A DNA stretch of 64,000 nucleotides from an uncultured bacterium (GTDB lineage Bacteria; Auribacterota; Erginobacteria; Erginobacterales; Erginobacteraceae), in NCBI GenBank assembly GCA_963822585.1, contig CAWGIE010000039.1, positions 97,800-161,799 on the forward strand, in the 5' to 3' direction. The translations under genes were made by a program, and so were the position numbers. A model generated the notes under the pieces. The model was not told the origin of the DNA. It ran no database searches and saw nothing but the letters and a program-made list of their open reading frames with translations. Positions 60,019-64,000 of the stretch are shown here, piece after piece. Within the stretch, counting starts at the first letter, position 1. Each line of letters opens with the position of its first letter.

Positions 60019-63000
60019 TCAGGGGGCGATGTAGAGGGAAGATTTTTCGGCTTTTGCGCCTTTTTGCGGCGAATAAAGGGGCCGAGGCGCGGGAACCACT
60101 CCCCTTCCATCACATTCAATCGTCTGTTTTTTAGGGGGCGACGTTTCTTCCCGGATCAGCCGCGCGGCGGCGATCACCCGGGCGGGGACATCGCCCGCGT
60201 CATCGTCGGCGACCGGAACCCGGTGGAGGGTCCCGTCGGGGCCGACCCCGAGGATGGTCATGGTGAACGGCGCCGGCCCCTCCCCTTCCCCGAAGAGCGG
60301 CTCCCGCTCTTTCTTTCCGGGGATAACAACCGAGACGGCATCCCGGTAGATGGCCAGCTGGAGTCCGTACTTCTTCTTCAGCTCGGCCGGCCCCCTCCCG
60401 GAGAACTTGTAGTCGACGATATGCCAGGCCCCGTCCTTGAAGTAGAGGAGATCGATCGCCCCGTCGACGATGACGGTCGCGCCGTCATGAGTAAAACGGG
60501 CGGCAAAGGGGAGTTCCCGGATGATTTTATCCGGGTCGGCTCCCTCCAGCATCGCGCCGACCGCGGCCACCGCGGCGTCCAGCTGACAGTGCAGTGACCG
60601 GGCCGCCGCGTCGTCCCCGCCGTAACCGGCGGCGGATTCCCTTACCTGCGGCTCCACGGGCTTTCTGAAATCGATCCTCTCCAGCACCGCGTGCCCGAAA
60701 AGCCCCCGATTATAATCGGGGCTGAAGGCGCTCTCCGGCTCCTCCCGCCCGCTTTCCGCCCCGGTCTCCCTCTCCTCATCGCCTTCGGAAGCGGTACCCT
60801 TGCTCATGAAATAGGCCGGGGGAAGATTGACCAGCCCCGTTCGGGCGTATTCACGGCACTTTTTCCTGAACTCCTCCTCCGTCACCCCGGCACGCCGTTC
60901 GGGGACGGCGCTCAACACCGTCGCCGCCAGACGGTACGATTCAGGCGGGGACGCGCTCTCCTCCCCGGCGAAGACCGGAGACAGCTGCCCGGCGGAGGGA
61001 AGCCCTTTCTCCTCTCTTTCCGGCCCCGCGGGGTCGGAAGCTTCTCTCAACTCCGGGTAGGGGATGATCCGGACCAATCCCGGCGGCCGGGACGACGCCA
61101 GAAGATACCGGTTTATCCAGTCCCGCCAGGCGCCCTGCCGTCCTGAATTCTCCCCCGAGAGGACCACCAGATCGCGGGCCCGGGTGGCGGCCACGTAAAA
61201 AAGGCGCCGCGACTCGTCCTCCTCCTCGGCCCGGGCCACCCGGCGGGCGGCCTCCCGGCCCCGGCTGCCCAGATCGAGCCGCTCCCCTTCATCGCCGATG
61301 ACCCGGAGACTGCCGGTCACCGTGGGCTCCCCCTTTCCAGAGCTCCTGATCCTGATCCAGGGGCTGCTGAATTTCGGAGACCTCCTCAGATCCGGGATAA
61401 AAATAACCGGGCTCGACAGACCCTTGGCGGCATGAACGGTGCTGATGATGACCGCGTCATTGGACGGGTCAAGAACGGCGGCGTCGGGGGCCTGGGTCTT
61501 ATCTTTGATCTCATCGGAGAGGTAACGCGCCAGCCCCGGAAGATCGAGGTGATCCTGCCGTTCCCTTTCCTGGAGCAGGTTCAGCAGGGCCCGGAAATTG
61601 GCCAGTTTCTGCAACCCGTTAAAGGACCCGGCCAGGAGCGCGTCATACCCGGTCAGATCGACCGCCCGGCGGACCAGATCAACCCCGTTCAACCGCCCGG
61701 CCAGCCGGCGGAGGAAAGAGAGAATCCGGACCGCCCGGAGATAGACATCCGTCTCCCCGGCCAGGCCTGCGGCGCGGAGCGATTCCAGGCACCGGCGCTG
61801 ATCATCTTCTCCCCCCTGGAGCGCCCGGCGGATCCGATGTCCGCGGGGAACCCCGGATTTTCCGGTCAGGAGGATGCCGATCGCCGCGTCGCTGAGCGAG
61901 AAGAAGGGAGACCGGGCCACGGCCAGGAGAGCAAGGTCATCCCGGGGAAAGGCCAGCATGTTCAGGAGGCTGGAGACGTCCCGGACCTCCTGCCGGAAGT
62001 AGAACCCCCTCCCCCGGCCGCCGCTGGTGTAAGGGATGCCCCGTTCCCGGAGAGCCGCCTCATAGAGTTCCTGACGCCCGGTCGCCCGGAGGAGAATGGT
62101 GATGTCCCGGTACCTATAACAGGTCCGGTCGTTATCCCACCAGGTATCGGGATGAAAGATTTTCGAAGGCCGGAAACGGGGATCGCCGTCCTCGCGGCAG
62201 AGGAGGCTGATTCTCCGCGCCACCGCCCGGGCTTCCCGGGAATGCCTCTCGTCGGATATCTCCGACCATGCCCGCCACCGCTCGGCGGGAATCCCGCCGG
62301 CGCCTTCCCCCGCATCGGCCAGCGCCTTTAAATCCTTATCGGTCAGTTCCAGCCGGGGTTTATCCACCGGTTTCTTTTTGGGGACGGTAACCCGGTCGAA
62401 GGAAGACTCCCACTCGGGGAGGAGCAGTTCCACCGCCGGGACGGCATCCGCGGGGGCGCGGCCGCAGGGGAGCAGATGGGCGTTTTCGTCATAGCGCTCG
62501 GGATCGAAGACCACTTCCCGGAAGATGTCGTTCACCCAGTCGAGAATGCTCTTCCGGCTCCGGTAACTGACCCGGAGCGGGACCGGGACCAGCCGCAACC
62601 GGCGGCCCAGTTCCGCCATCCCGCCGGGGTCCGCCCCCCGCCAGGTATGAATGGTCTGCTTGACGTCGCCGCAGAGAACCAGCGTGGCGCCGGTGACCTC
62701 CCGGATCGTCTCCACCAGCTCGTTCTGGGCCCGGGAGTTATCCTGGGCTTCGTCGACGATGATCACCGAGAGCTCCGGGAGGATCGCCGGGTTTTCCCGA
62801 ACCAGGTCCCGGGCCTTCAGGAGCAGGTCGGTGAAATCGAGGACCCCCTGCTCTTTCTTGGCTTCTTCGTACGCGCGCCGGCAGCGAGCGACATAATCGA
62901 GAAAGTGGATCAGCAGCCTCCGGGCCCGGACCTGATCGGGATAGCTTTGTATATCTTCCAGGCGGCTTTTTATCTCTTCCTGGACCTCCTTCATCCCGTC

Positions 63001-63849
63001 CTTCCCCCATCCTCCCTTCGTCAGATCCAGCAGCCGGGAAGCGGCGGATGAGACCCCGTCCCCCCCGGCGTCTGGAGGGAGAGAAGAAAGCTCATCCCGG
63101 AGCGCCTCGATAAATTTCAGCGCCGGTTTATACGGTTTCTTACCCGGCGTATTCTCTTCGAAGTACTTCTCCAGCGCCCGGAGATCGGTATATACGGGGG
63201 CCTCCGGCGCCGGGAGAAGTTCTTCCGGCGCCAGGAGTGCGATCTCCACCCCCAGGCTGTCGCACTGGTGGAGAAACTCGCCCGTCGCCGCGATAATCTC
63301 CCCCGGCTTTCGCCCCAGGCAGAGCGCCTCCATCGCTTCTTTCTCCTCCGGCGAAGGACCGGAGAGAGATTTCCGCAGCTCCGCGGACATCGCCGATTTC
63401 AGCATGGCTTCGGCCTCGTCATCCTCCAGTACCCGGAAGGAAGGAGCGATCCCGATGGCGATGGCGTTCTGGGCGATCAGTCTCTGGCCGAAGGCGTGGA
63501 TGGTGGAGATGACCGCGCCGGAGATCCGCCGGAGAAGACTCCAGTAAAAATCGGCCCGGTCCGGGTCCCGTTCCAGCTGTTTTTCGATCTCGGCGGTGAT
63601 CCGGCTCCGCATCTCGAAGGCGGCGTTGCGGGCGAAGGTCAGCATCAGGATCTCTTCGCAGGGGACCTGCGCCGAACCGTCAAAAACCTTCCCCGCCGCG
63701 AGCGGCCCCAGCGGTTCTTCCGGGTAGGGGCGCCCCAGAATCAGCGCGGTATAGAGCGAGGTGACCTGGTGGGTCTTTCCCGTCCCGGCGGAAGCAATGA
63801 ACCGTATCGACGATATCTCGCCGTTATGCTTCTTTTTCTCTTCGGTCAT
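60019..63849 (-). CDS. addA: AddA/RecB-like UvrD helicase-nuclease
   Basis: ASAGTGKT, STIHAF, DEAQD, GDVKQ.I..WRGA, STVHAAKGL, RLFYVAATRA, nuclease GAIDL..IVDYK. Confidence 0.85.
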   Translation of the reverse strand: MTEEKKKHNGEISSIRFIASAGTGKTHQVTSLYTALILGRPYPEEPLGPLAAGKVFDGSAQVPCEEILMLTFARNAAFEMRSRITAEIEKQLERDPDRADFYWSLLRRISGAVISTIHAFGQRLIAQNAIAIGIAPSFRVLEDDEAEAMLKSAMSAELRKSLSGPSPEEKEAMEALCLGRKPGEIIAATGEFLHQCDSLGVEIALLAPEELLPAPEAPVYTDLRALEKYFEENTPGKKPYKPALKFIEALRDELSSLPPDAGGDGVSSAASRLLDLTKGGWGKDGMKEVQEEIKSRLEDIQSYPDQVRARRLLIHFLDYVARCRRAYEEAKKEQGVLDFTDLLLKARDLVRENPAILPELSVIIVDEAQDNSRAQNELVETIREVTGATLVLCGDVKQTIHTWRGADPGGMAELGRRLRLVPVPLRVSYRSRKSILDWVNDIFREVVFDPERYDENAHLLPCGRAPADAVPAVELLLPEWESSFDRVTVPKKKPVDKPRLELTDKDLKALADAGEGAGGIPAERWRAWSEISDERHSREARAVARRISLLCREDGDPRFRPSKIFHPDTWWDNDRTCYRYRDITILLRATGRQELYEAALRERGIPYTSGGRGRGFYFRQEVRDVSSLLNMLAFPRDDLALLAVARSPFFSLSDAAIGILLTGKSGVPRGHRIRRALQGGEDDQRRCLESLRAAGLAGETDVYLRAVRILSFLRRLAGRLNGVDLVRRAVDLTGYDALLAGSFNGLQKLANFRALLNLLQERERQDHLDLPGLARYLSDEIKDKTQAPDAAVLDPSNDAVIISTVHAAKGLSSPVIFIPDLRRSPKFSSPWIRIRSSGKGEPTVTGSLRVIGDEGERLDLGSRGREAARRVARAEEEDESRRLFYVAATRARDLVVLSGENSGRQGAWRDWINRYLLASSRPPGLVRIIPYPELREASDPAGPEREEKGLPSAGQLSPVFAGEESASPPESYRLAATVLSAVPERRAGVTEEEFRKKCREYARTGLVNLPPAYFMSKGTASEGDEERETGAESGREEPESAFSPDYNRGLFGHAVLERIDFRKPVEPQVRESAAGYGGDDAAARSLHCQLDAAVAAVGAMLEGADPDKIIRELPFAARFTHDGATVIVDGAIDLLYFKDGAWHIVDYKFSGRGPAELKKKYGLQLAIYRDAVSVVIPGKKEREPLFGEGEGPAPFTMTILGVGPDGTLHRVPVADDDAGDVPARVIAAARLIREETSPPKKQTIECDGRGVVPAPRPLYSPQKGAKAEKSSLYIAP

Positions 63850-63870
63850 TTTGTCTGACTCAAATACATG

Positions 63871-63953
63871 TCACCACGAAGGACACGAAGAACACGAAGA
63901 TATCTAGTCTTATTATAATTAAATCTTCGTGCTCTTCGTGTCCTTCGTGGTGA
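63871..63953. repeat. 9-nt-periodic inverted-repeat element (cacgaagga family)
   Basis: tcaccacgaaggacacgaagaacacgaagat / atcttcgtgctcttcgtgtccttcgtggtga. Confidence 0.85.
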
Positions 63954-64000
63954 ATACAATTATTTTTATTCATCCTTACCCTTCTCGGCATCGACTGCCA

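Noticed and set aside
63976..64000. 3' end of an upstream addB
   Set aside because: Only about 8 codons are visible, so it cannot be identified.

Overview
Bacterial chromosomal window, mostly GC-rich. The lineage is probably a diderm PVC-group anaerobe: the repeated GDYDGDG...FRPSxGLWAxRGVTRVYFG module recalls Auribacterota-type genomes, but this is recollection only. Bases 1-40 kb are mostly housekeeping: rpe, a ThrRS-N/uridine-kinase fusion, pstSCAB, hexokinase, S1/P1 nuclease, a TMTC-like glycosyltransferase, an LpxL-type acyltransferase, AsmA, a Zn-ribbon/PTS-EIIA fusion, lepA, cysE/epsC, an S8 protease, an M20 hydrolase, tRNA-Leu(CAA), tRNA-Arg(CCT), BrnTA, dodecin and pgi. The standout is a RiPP gene cluster at about 40.0-59.7 kb. 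It has one Nif11-leader double-glycine precursor (core HCSWIEQCGNGGDYLAGN), two stand-alone YcaO enzymes with Cys-rich C-terminal extensions, an RRE-radical SAM/SPASM maturase, a fragmented HExxH protein, and an NHLP-type exporter (C39-ABC, second ABC, HlyD, TolC). No TfuA, ThiF/E1 partner or azole dehydrogenase is visible. A second oddity is a roughly 1,120-aa DHH protein. Its catalytic domain is split by a ~400-aa insertion and it carries three tandem DHHA1-like domains, the third hidden behind a homopolymer frameshift. Intergenic DNA is crowded with 7/8/9-nt-periodic inverted-repeat elements and small, sometimes nested, hairpin inserts. An AddA-like helicase-nuclease ends the window. Several genes are frameshifted, so assembly indels and true decay cannot be separated from the sequence alone.
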